Source of the DNA: Ignavibacteriales bacterium
GTDB taxonomy: Bacteria > Bacteroidota > Ignavibacteria > UBA10030 > UBA8401
Assembly: GCA_016182545.1 (NCBI GenBank)
Contig: JACPGG010000094.1
Coordinates: forward strand, 1 to 63,964
Length of the DNA stretch: 63,964 bases
Direction of reading: 5' to 3'
Below, one piece after another: positions 48,607-56,221 of the stretch. Under the pieces are notes generated by a model. That model worked only from the letters and a program-made list of their open reading frames with translations. It ran no database searches and had not been told where the DNA came from. Position 1 is the stretch's first letter, and every line of letters begins with the position of its first letter. Position numbers and translations under genes: made by a program.

Positions 48607-49821
48607 TTAGAGACTCTCAAGAAACTTCAACAGTTTTTGTTTGTCGCTATTAGAAAGATTCGTGAAGTTGTTTTTGCTCGTCAACCCTTCGCCGCCATGC
48701 ATGCTGATCGCTTCAGTAATGCTGCGCGCTCTGCCGTCATGCATCAGAAAATATTCTCCACCCTGCGAATTTTTCGACAACCCCAATCCCCACAGCGGCG
48801 GTGTCCGCCATTCGCTTGTTGTTGCTGTCCCTTCGGTGTAGCCGTCATCCAATCCGGCACCCATATCATGAAGAAGGAGATCGGAGTACGGATAAAAAGT
48901 TTTATTCGACAACGCTTCGATATCTGACTGTGGCGTAGTCCATTGCGGCGTATGGCATTTCGCGCATCCGGCTGATGTGAAAAGTTGGTTCCCTGCAAGA
49001 ACATCGGGATCATTTTGGTTTCGCTGTATCGGTGCTTTGAGTGTGCGCAGATAGAAAACGACATTGAGTACTGTCGATGTTGCTACTTCGGGTTCATCAA
49101 CATTGTCCGGGTATGGGCTCAGGAGTCCGTTGACCGCAGGTTCCTGCGGAGAAAATTCCGAGGTGACGCCGATATCCTGATTGTACGCATTTACTGTTTG
49201 CTGCAAAAGATTGATTGCGCCTGCTTTCTTTCCGAAGCGCCCGATATATTTCCCGTTGAGTGGCAGATGTGCGGGCATTGGCTGAAAATATTGCGGTGGT
49301 GCAATATAATTTGGTACGCCGGAAATTCCATCGCCATCTGCATCGTTCGGGTCTGCATTGGCAAGTATCTGCGCGTCGGTGAGCGCTTCAAGAAATCCTA
49401 AACCTGTGTTCGCCGGGGGGGTGAATTTTGCCGATGACGCGCCGGCTGGGATCTGTTCAGGCGTGTATCCGGGAATAGCTCTGCTTTGCAATTGCGGTCC
49501 GCCGTACTGAAGAAACTGATTTCCCGTGCTGTCCACTTGTCCGAATCTCGTCAAAGTAGTAAAGGGATGTCCCTTTCCGTCTCCTGCGTGGCAGTTGCCG
49601 CACGATGTTGCGACGAAATAGGGACCGAGCCCTTTTTCAGGAGTGAAGATCTCGTCGTTGAATGCAATATCACCCGCGAGGAATTGTGCGTTCTGCGATT
49701 CGGACAATCCTTCTACCGGTCCGTCGAGAAGTTCATCGTCCGAAGGAGCGGGTGGAAGGAGTTTCTCGCATGAGATGACAAACAGCAATAAAAAAAGAAG
49801 GAGCAGTTTTTTCATTTTCAT
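48607..49821 (-). CDS. DUF1111-type di-haem c protein (putative peroxidase / thiol oxidoreductase family)
   Basis: It has two CxxCH sites (CGNCH, CAKCH) and a lipoprotein signal MKMKKLLLLFLLLFVISC. I chose the start at 49821, 5 nt after the feoB stop. Confidence 0.75.
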   Translation of the reverse strand: MKMKKLLLLFLLLFVISCEKLLPPAPSDDELLDGPVEGLSESQNAQFLAGDIAFNDEIFTPEKGLGPYFVATSCGNCHAGDGKGHPFTTLTRFGQVDSTGNQFLQYGGPQLQSRAIPGYTPEQIPAGASSAKFTPPANTGLGFLEALTDAQILANADPNDADGDGISGVPNYIAPPQYFQPMPAHLPLNGKYIGRFGKKAGAINLLQQTVNAYNQDIGVTSEFSPQEPAVNGLLSPYPDNVDEPEVATSTVLNVVFYLRTLKAPIQRNQNDPDVLAGNQLFTSAGCAKCHTPQWTTPQSDIEALSNKTFYPYSDLLLHDMGAGLDDGYTEGTATTSEWRTPPLWGLGLSKNSQGGEYFLMHDGRARSITEAISMHGGEGLTSKNNFTNLSNSDKQKLLKFLESL

Positions 49822-49826
49822 TCGTT

Positions 49827-51245
49827 TTATTGTATGATGAGCCGGTACAATTGTGCAACAAAGAAACAGATAACAATTCCCATAACCACAGGAAGTATCG
49901 AAGCGATCGTTGTCCACTTCACACTTTTTGTCTCTTTATAAATTGTATAGATCGTCGTTGAACATGGATTGTGCAGCAGACTGAACAGCATCAGATTTAA
50001 TCCCGTCAAAAATGTCCAGCCCCCCGCCTGCAGCACATTGGCGACCGCGTTCGTTTCATCCAACTCAAACATAACACCGGCACCATCGCCGACGCCGGAA
50101 AGTTTTGCGCTGAGCACAGTCAACATCAATACCGTTGGAATAACAATTTCATTTGCCGGGATTGCGATGATATACGCAAGTAAAATGACACCGTTTAAAC
50201 CGAGCAGGATGCCGAACGGATTCGACCAGTTGATGAACTGTTCGGCAATACTCAGATCGCCGATATGAATATTCGACACCAGCCATATGACTGCACCTGC
50301 CGGAGCTGCGAACACGATCGCTCTCCACAACACGATCAGCGTTCGATCGATGAGGGATGTATAGAGTGTCTGCAATATCCGCGGCGGACGGTACGGAGGT
50401 AGTTCAAGACTGAATGCCGATGCTTCTCCTTTAAGAATCGTCTTCGACAATCCCCACGACACAATGAGCGTGAAGGCTATTCCAAGCACGGCAACGCCGA
50501 CAACAGCTCCGGCTGTAACAATCCCCGCAAGGTGCGCCGGTACGAGTGCGCCGAAGAAGACCGATGCAATCAGAATCTGCGTGGGCCAGCGTCCGTTGCA
50601 GAGAGAAAAATTGTTCGTGATGATCGCGATGAGACGTTCCCGGGGGCTATCGATGATCCTTGTTGCCACAACACCTGCAGCATTGCAGCCGAATCCCATT
50701 GTGAGAGAAAGCGCCTGCTTTCCGTGCGCTCCCGCTTTTTTGAACAACGCATCCATGTTGAACGCGACGCGCGGCAGATATCCGAAATCTTCCAGCAGTG
50801 TGAAGAGAGGAAAGAAAATCGCCATCGGCGGCAGCATCACGCTGACTACCCATGCCATTGCAAGCCACACACCGTCGACCATAATTCCGGTTAACCACCA
50901 GGGAGAATTCAACGCGGCAAAGATTTCCCTCAGCCACGGATGAACTGTGTCAACCAAGACCGCTGCGATCATCGCTGACGGAACATTCGCCCCCTCCACC
51001 GTAAGCCAAAAAACCACTGCAAGCATAAGGAACATAAGCGGAAAACCGAGCCAGCGGCTGGTAAGGATTCGGTCCAATGTGACGTCAAAATTGAACCGCG
51101 CTTTCTCCGCCGGAGTCTTAACGACGTTCGATGTGATTGATTGGGCTTCTTTATAGATCGACTCAACGAGCGAGTCATGGATGTTCTCTCCGATTTCCCA
51201 GCGCAGTGCATTGGCAGTGGAGAGGATTGATTCCTTATTGGTCAT
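49827..51245 (-). CDS. feoB: Ferrous iron transporter FeoB, membrane (permease) portion as a separate ORF
   Basis: It has the gate/nucleoside-recognition-type polytopic domain. Its own SD (aaggtga) lies 4 nt before the ATG. It begins 14 nt after the stop of the G-domain ORF. Confidence 0.85.
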   Translation of the reverse strand: MTNKESILSTANALRWEIGENIHDSLVESIYKEAQSITSNVVKTPAEKARFNFDVTLDRILTSRWLGFPLMFLMLAVVFWLTVEGANVPSAMIAAVLVDTVHPWLREIFAALNSPWWLTGIMVDGVWLAMAWVVSVMLPPMAIFFPLFTLLEDFGYLPRVAFNMDALFKKAGAHGKQALSLTMGFGCNAAGVVATRIIDSPRERLIAIITNNFSLCNGRWPTQILIASVFFGALVPAHLAGIVTAGAVVGVAVLGIAFTLIVSWGLSKTILKGEASAFSLELPPYRPPRILQTLYTSLIDRTLIVLWRAIVFAAPAGAVIWLVSNIHIGDLSIAEQFINWSNPFGILLGLNGVILLAYIIAIPANEIVIPTVLMLTVLSAKLSGVGDGAGVMFELDETNAVANVLQAGGWTFLTGLNLMLFSLLHNPCSTTIYTIYKETKSVKWTTIASILPVVMGIVICFFVAQLYRLIIQ

Positions 51246-51259
51246 AATTCACCTTCAAT

Positions 51260-52081
51260 TCAAGCGGTCACTAATTCTTGCTTTGGCATACTGACGATCG
51301 TGTTGTTTCGGGAAAGATTTTTCAATTCGCCGTTCTTCAGCGAGTCGATGATCTTTTGATCCCCTTCGAGCAGACGCAAGGCGATCCATCGTGCATTGGG
51401 TAATTCCGGAAATTCATTTTTGATCTTGTTCGTCAACTGCGAGATCGCCTTCTCCAATAAGGGAGAGGTCTTTTCCAATCTGTACGGGCGGCAGACATAC
51501 GAACCGGTCGCAACTTCATAGATGTATTTCAATAATTCGGGGATTCCATCATCTTGCCGCGCAGAGGTTGGTACGACCGGAATGCCGAGTTGTTTTGCAA
51601 GTTGACGATCATCGATAGCGATGCCGTTTCGTTTCGCTTCGTCCATTAAATTGAGACAGAGTACAGCACGGTCGGTTATTTCGAGCACCTGCAGAACAAG
51701 ATTGAGATTCCGCTCCAACCGTGTCGCATCGACAACGATCACCGTGACGTCGGGCTGTCCGAACAAAATGAAATCGCGCGCCACTTCTTCATCCGTGCTG
51801 TTGGAAAGGAGCGAATAGGTTCCCGGCAGATCGACGATCTTGAATCGTTTGTTGCCGAACTCGAATCCCCCTTCCGCACGTGTCACCGTTTTGCCGGGCC
51901 AATTGCCGGTGTGCTGACGCAATCCCGTGAGTGCGTTGAACACGGTACTCTTTCCCGTATTCGGATTTCCGGCAAGCGCCACGACGAAATCGAACTGGCT
52001 CATGTTGATGCCGAGTTTTGTCAGATTGCCCAGGTTATGAACGGGGCAGTCTTCGCAATTTGAATTTATTGTGTTCGACAT
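51260..52081 (-). CDS. feoB: Ferrous iron transporter FeoB, N-terminal G-domain plus helical domain as a separate ORF
   Basis: It has G1 [10 protein letters not shown]3 DLPG and the NLMD G4. I chose the start MSNTINS at 52081. The longer track ORF would overlap the upstream gene. Confidence 0.85.
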   Translation of the reverse strand: MSNTINSNCEDCPVHNLGNLTKLGINMSQFDFVVALAGNPNTGKSTVFNALTGLRQHTGNWPGKTVTRAEGGFEFGNKRFKIVDLPGTYSLLSNSTDEEVARDFILFGQPDVTVIVVDATRLERNLNLVLQVLEITDRAVLCLNLMDEAKRNGIAIDDRQLAKQLGIPVVPTSARQDDGIPELLKYIYEVATGSYVCRPYRLEKTSPLLEKAISQLTNKIKNEFPELPNARWIALRLLEGDQKIIDSLKNGELKNLSRNNTIVSMPKQELVTA

Positions 52082-52132
52082 TTTTTTTTCCTTATCGGAC
52101 AGTTCAGCTGTCAAAAAAAATAAGATCGAGCG

Positions 52133-52152
52133 GGTCGGCATTAATGCCGACC
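52133..52152 (-). other. Perfect 10+10 palindrome between the DtxR-FeoA gene and feoB
   Basis: ggtcggcatt|aatgccgacc. On the minus strand a T8 run follows 12 nt later, then a second small hairpin gacag-ctgaa-ctgtc. Confidence 0.45.
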
Positions 52153-52158
52153 TGCCAG

Positions 52159-53175
52159 TTATTTTTGTACAAAAATCATTTGTGCATGCTGCTTCCGTAA
52201 TGCAACGAGCGCGCCGCGGACATTGTATGCGGTCGGATCTCCGGAAGCGCTCCGCATTTCTGCGCGGACCTTTGTGCCGGGAACAATTCCCAGATCGAGT
52301 AACCGGCGCCGCTGCTGCCCGCGGCATGCTTTGGAAATATTCAAAACGGTCGCCTCTTCACCGATATTGATCGAAGCGAGCGTATCCATCGGCGACACAA
52401 TTTTTTCTTTTTCGTTCTCCAGCATTTCAACCGTGATATTGTTTGCGAGCACGGGGGCGAGAACGATCTCATCACCGTCGGCAGCAAACCTGACCCGCTC
52501 ATTGGAGCGTTCAATGAGCATGATGTGCATGCCGACGTACAATCCTTCCGCACTGAGCTGTGCAAAGACCGCTTCAGGTTCGTCTTCAATGTGCGTGATA
52601 ACGCCGAAATCGCCCTGGTTCATTGACAAAAACGACCGTCCTTTTTTCGGCGGTATTTCGCCGGTCGGCGTCGGGATCGGATCGCCGTGCGGATCGAAAT
52701 GCGGGTTGCCGATCTGTGCCGCAAGCGCTTCCGTTTGCGCGGGAGTCAGTTTATGCTCTTGTAATTCTGCCGATGAGTGCCATTCGGTTTGCGGTACGCT
52801 TGTTTCATCGGCGAGATAGCGTTCCCACAATCTGTGCACACGGATGACCCGCAGTGCATACGAATTTCCATCTGCAGTCAGTTTTACCCCGTTATCCAGT
52901 GTCAACAAAAGTCCCATTGATGAAAGACGGGCTACAAGTTCTGCAGCGTCATCCGATGAGATCACCAGTGCGCCCGCGATGCTTTGCACCGTGCAGGGAA
53001 TGTTATTGTATTCGCAATCGTAAATGTGCTTTAATGCGTCTTCGATTTGCACACGCTTGATGCCTCGTTTTGCACGACTCCACCGTGCGATCAGACCGTA
53101 TTTCGGAAAGAAAATAACGGCAACCACAAGGAGGATCGATCCGCCGATCAACAATGCCTGTAAAGGGTCTGTCAT
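52159..53175 (-). CDS. Membrane-anchored DtxR-family protein fused to two FeoA (SH3-like) domains
   Basis: It has an N-terminal TM helix ([16 protein letters not shown]), a DtxR HTH and dimerisation block ([27 protein letters not shown]), then two FeoA-like repeats (GDFGVITHI..., GEEATVLNI...[12 protein letters not shown]). Confidence 0.75.
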   Translation of the reverse strand: MTDPLQALLIGGSILLVVAVIFFPKYGLIARWSRAKRGIKRVQIEDALKHIYDCEYNNIPCTVQSIAGALVISSDDAAELVARLSSMGLLLTLDNGVKLTADGNSYALRVIRVHRLWERYLADETSVPQTEWHSSAELQEHKLTPAQTEALAAQIGNPHFDPHGDPIPTPTGEIPPKKGRSFLSMNQGDFGVITHIEDEPEAVFAQLSAEGLYVGMHIMLIERSNERVRFAADGDEIVLAPVLANNITVEMLENEKEKIVSPMDTLASINIGEEATVLNISKACRGQQRRRLLDLGIVPGTKVRAEMRSASGDPTAYNVRGALVALRKQHAQMIFVQK

Positions 53176-53184
53176 AGCGTTACC

Positions 53185-53841
53185 TCACGCAACATTTTCA
53201 ACAAAGATGCTGGAGATGATCGTCGGACTGACATTCACCTCTTTGTCGTTGATCTTCAGCAGCATCGAATTATCAAATTTCATTTTTTGTTTTACCACGA
53301 TCTGTTTGTTCAACGTGATGCCGATGGATGAAACATATTGCAGCAATTCGGAATTAGAATCGCTCACGCGCATGACGCGGACAGTTGACCCCTCGTCTGC
53401 ATCGGTCAACGGAAAGCTCATTGAACAGATCAGTTCCCCCTCTTTTGTCGGGATCGGATCGCCGTGCGGGTCGATCAACGGATGTCCGAGCACGTGATCG
53501 ATCTTCTCTTCCATCTTGTCGGACATGATGTGCTCGAACCGCTCCGCCTCGTGGTCGATCTCATCCCATTTGAAGTGAAGCACCTCCACGAGGAACATCT
53601 CCCACAATCTGTGTTTCCGTATGATACGGAGTGCAAGTTTTTTTCCTTCGCCGGTCAATTCCACCCCTTTGTACGGAGTATGCGTCAGCGTTCCCTCTTC
53701 GGCAAGCTTCTTTATCATTTCGGACACCGACGCCGGGGAAATATTCAAATTTTTCGAGAGGGAAGATGTGGTCACTTTCCCCTCATTTGATTGCAACTTG
53801 TAAATGTTCTTTATATAGTTTTCAATTTGTTCGCTGGGCAT
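53185..53841 (-). CDS. DtxR/MntR-family metal-dependent transcriptional regulator with C-terminal FeoA/SH3 domain
   Basis: It has ENYIKNIYKL, SPASVSEMIKKL (HTH), RKHRLWEMFL, IDHEAERFEH metal ligands and DPHGDPIP. A strong SD (ggagg) lies 4 nt before the ATG at 53841. Confidence 0.85.
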   Translation of the reverse strand: MPSEQIENYIKNIYKLQSNEGKVTTSSLSKNLNISPASVSEMIKKLAEEGTLTHTPYKGVELTGEGKKLALRIIRKHRLWEMFLVEVLHFKWDEIDHEAERFEHIMSDKMEEKIDHVLGHPLIDPHGDPIPTKEGELICSMSFPLTDADEGSTVRVMRVSDSNSELLQYVSSIGITLNKQIVVKQKMKFDNSMLLKINDKEVNVSPTIISSIFVENVA

Positions 53842-53859
53842 ATGTCCTCCGTTTATTAA

Positions 53860-53890
53860 GATGACCGTCACCTTTAAGGTGACGGTCATC
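53860..53890. repeat. Hairpin GATGACCGTCACC-N5-GGTGACGGTCATC, copy 1 of 2
   Basis: It forms a perfect 13-bp stem between the CDF gene stop and the DtxR start. A near-identical hairpin lies at 56185-56216. Confidence 0.7.
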
Positions 53891-53895
53891 TTGTT

Positions 53896-54564
53896 TTAAT
53901 CATGTTCACAACTGCACGTGTCGTTCATCGATTCCGCTTTTTCAAAACATTCACGCCCCTCTTTTACGGAAAAATAAACAAGACCGACCGCACCCGCAGC
54001 GTCAACATACGGAACGGAAAAAGTCTCAAACAAAAAACTTGAAGCCAATAATGTCAGCGACATGTACACGCAGACAACGTTACAATTCGCATCAGCGATC
54101 ATCGCTTTGGAGTTCAACTGGTTTCCGACTTTTCTTTTGTAATGGATCAAGCCGAGCATGCAGGCGATGGAAACCAACGAAATCACAACGCCCCAAAATG
54201 TCGATTCCGGCTGCTGTCCATAGATAATGGAGAATACTGCAGAGAGCAGAAGCCCTCCTGACAATAAATAGAACGACCAGCCGGTGATTTGAAGCGCAGT
54301 TATTTCGAACGGACTTTTACTGCTCTTCGGATTATTCGCAATCCGTATCACCATCGCAGCGATTCCAATTCCTGAAATTGTTTCGATGAAGCTGTCAACC
54401 CCAAAACCGAACAACGTCAGTGATTCATCGGAGTAGCCGACAAGCGTTGAAATGACCCCCTCCGCGATATTGTAAACAATCGTAAAAAGACTCAAATACA
54501 AGGCAAAATCATAAAGTCGTTTTTGTCCGATTTCATCTTTTGAAACATTCTCGGCGATTTCCAT
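53896..54564 (-). CDS. Cation diffusion facilitator-like membrane protein (TM domain only)
   Basis: It has 6 TM segments with a CDF-like helix II/V pattern (YNIAEGVIS..., FGVDSFIE). The C-terminus reads CSCEHD. I chose the start MEIAENV at 54564. Confidence 0.6.
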   Translation of the reverse strand: MEIAENVSKDEIGQKRLYDFALYLSLFTIVYNIAEGVISTLVGYSDESLTLFGFGVDSFIETISGIGIAAMVIRIANNPKSSKSPFEITALQITGWSFYLLSGGLLLSAVFSIIYGQQPESTFWGVVISLVSIACMLGLIHYKRKVGNQLNSKAMIADANCNVVCVYMSLTLLASSFLFETFSVPYVDAAGAVGLVYFSVKEGRECFEKAESMNDTCSCEHD

Positions 54565-54586
54565 TGAGTATGGTATCCTGAATATT

Positions 54587-54608
54587 AATTTTAGGTTCAC
54601 CTAAATTT
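54587..54608. promoter_or_regulatory. Candidate DtxR-family operator (TTAGGT-N2-ACCTAA palindrome)
   Basis: In aattTTAGGTtcACCTAAattt, 9 of 11 positions are palindromic. It lies 23-44 nt upstream of the CDF start, and the half-sites match the TTAGGT/ACCTAA arms of the DtxR/IdeR iron box. Confidence 0.5.
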
Positions 54609-54728
54609 ACATTACGAAACTTTCATTGTCAAGAGTCAAATAAATATTTATTTAAAGGTGGAATGTCCACTTTCAGACGGTACGATGTGTGATGTCAAAA
54701 ACATGAAACCCGAAACACAAAACCAGAA

Positions 54729-55202
54729 TCAGGATTTCTCGCCAAAAATTTTCAGCCATTCATTTATTTGTGTCTGCGAGAGGGATGTATCGGATTTTTC
54801 CGTAACAGAATCATCCCCTTGTGAAAGAAGGTTGGCAAAGTGTTTTGAAGAATGAGTCTGGCAAGAACAGACTCTTGCGAAGTTTTGTATCTCTCTGTCC
54901 GAAGAGACGATCACCAGCAGAGAACGATTTTTCGACTGCTCGATCATCTGTTTGATCTTTGCATCGGCAGTTTGTGGAAATGAATAGAGGACATGTACGG
55001 GAGCGTGAGGTGATTGTTTCGCTGCATCGGTTGGAGCGGAACCGTCGAACACGATCGTGCAACGAAATTTCCGTTGATGTGTCAGTTGTGCGACGGAATG
55101 AATGAATAATTCCCGTGCCGATTGGGCATCGTGGGCGAGCGTTTTCTTCAATGATGGAATTGAATGAATAACATTGTAGCCGTCGATGATGAAGTGTTGC
55201 AT
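54729..55202 (-). CDS. NYN/YacP-like (PIN-like) domain protein
   Basis: MQHFIIDGYNVIH... and VVSSD are typical of YacP/DUF901 NYN proteins. The ATG at 55202 lies 2 nt after the channel gene stop. Confidence 0.65.
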   Translation of the reverse strand: MQHFIIDGYNVIHSIPSLKKTLAHDAQSARELFIHSVAQLTHQRKFRCTIVFDGSAPTDAAKQSPHAPVHVLYSFPQTADAKIKQMIEQSKNRSLLVIVSSDREIQNFARVCSCQTHSSKHFANLLSQGDDSVTEKSDTSLSQTQINEWLKIFGEKS

Positions 55203-55204
55203 GG

Positions 55205-56170
55205 TCAATCCAACGCAACCCGGTCGTATTCGTGGATCCGTTCCAGCCGCACTCCGACCGGTTTCCCGTCTCTGCCGGTTTCAAACATATCTTTGAATTT
55301 TGCACCCCATACGATTTCATTAAATCGGTACGAGGATCTCGAGTAAACAATTTGTGAGTATGTTTCATCAACCGCATTTACCAGAATCATAAATTCCGCT
55401 TCGTTCTCAGCAAGGGTTCGTGCCGTTTCATTTTTCATCGGACTGTTTTCGTCAATGTAATGAACGACAGTCCAGTGGAGAGGGAAGAACATCACTTTGT
55501 TCCGCTCGAGCGGAAGAGGGTGATAATGCCGGATTCGTCTTCCCTCTTTCTCTACCATCTTACTGAAGATCACCTGTGCTTCAACCTGTATCAACTGGCT
55601 CGATCGTTGATTGATCATCCGGAACATAAATGCCGTTCCTTCCTTGAATGGAGCAATGACCGCATTGTTACTGTACAGGATCTTTGTATTCGGGCGCGCG
55701 AACCGGGCGAATGAAAGTCCCGTGACGATAGAAAGCCCGATCAGACCGAACAACGCTTCCAGTGCAACGAGGATGTTTGGCAGCAGCCCGACGGGACTCA
55801 TTTTGCCGTATCCGATGGTTGCGAGAGTCTGCACACTGAAAAAGAAGCTGTCGAAGAATCGTTCGGTTTCTGAAATTGCATCCGAACCGAACAATACTCC
55901 CGGACCCAATGAATAGTATCCGAATGCAAAGACGACGTTCACAGCAGTAAATCCCGCGGCGACAAAGAGAAAAAATTTTGTCCACGAGACCGAAACGAGC
56001 AGATGGTAGATACTCAACGATTGTGCAACGGAAATTCCGTCACGGAAAACGTTGAATGACCCGTCTCGGTTCAACAACCGCTCGTTCGTTCCTTGCGAAA
56101 GCCGCGACCCGAAACCGAGATCATTCTTATCGTCGCTGTTCTGCGGAGAATGTTTGCGGAATGCTTTCAT
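55205..56170 (-). CDS. Inward-rectifier-type potassium channel (KirBac-like)
   Basis: It has two TM helices flanking the selectivity filter TLATIGYG, and a C-terminal Ig-like cytoplasmic domain. Confidence 0.85.
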   Translation of the reverse strand: MKAFRKHSPQNSDDKNDLGFGSRLSQGTNERLLNRDGSFNVFRDGISVAQSLSIYHLLVSVSWTKFFLFVAAGFTAVNVVFAFGYYSLGPGVLFGSDAISETERFFDSFFFSVQTLATIGYGKMSPVGLLPNILVALEALFGLIGLSIVTGLSFARFARPNTKILYSNNAVIAPFKEGTAFMFRMINQRSSQLIQVEAQVIFSKMVEKEGRRIRHYHPLPLERNKVMFFPLHWTVVHYIDENSPMKNETARTLAENEAEFMILVNAVDETYSQIVYSRSSYRFNEIVWGAKFKDMFETGRDGKPVGVRLERIHEYDRVALD

Positions 56171-56184
56171 AAAGAGCCCTATTG

Positions 56185-56216
56185 AAATGACCGTCGCTTC
56201 AAAGTGACGGTCATTT
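56185..56216. repeat. Hairpin AAATGACCGTCGC-N6-GTGACGGTCATTT, copy 2 of 2
   Basis: It has a 13-bp stem with one G-U and lies between the amidase stop and the Kir channel start. Confidence 0.7.
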
Positions 56217-56221
56217 TTACC

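Noticed and set aside
52082-52327. N-terminal 82-aa extension of the FeoB G-domain ORF (track start 52327)
   Set aside because: The extension is Arg/Cys-rich nonsense that overlaps the 3' end of the upstream DtxR-FeoA gene. A plausible start (MSNTINS, aagga upstream) lies at 52081.
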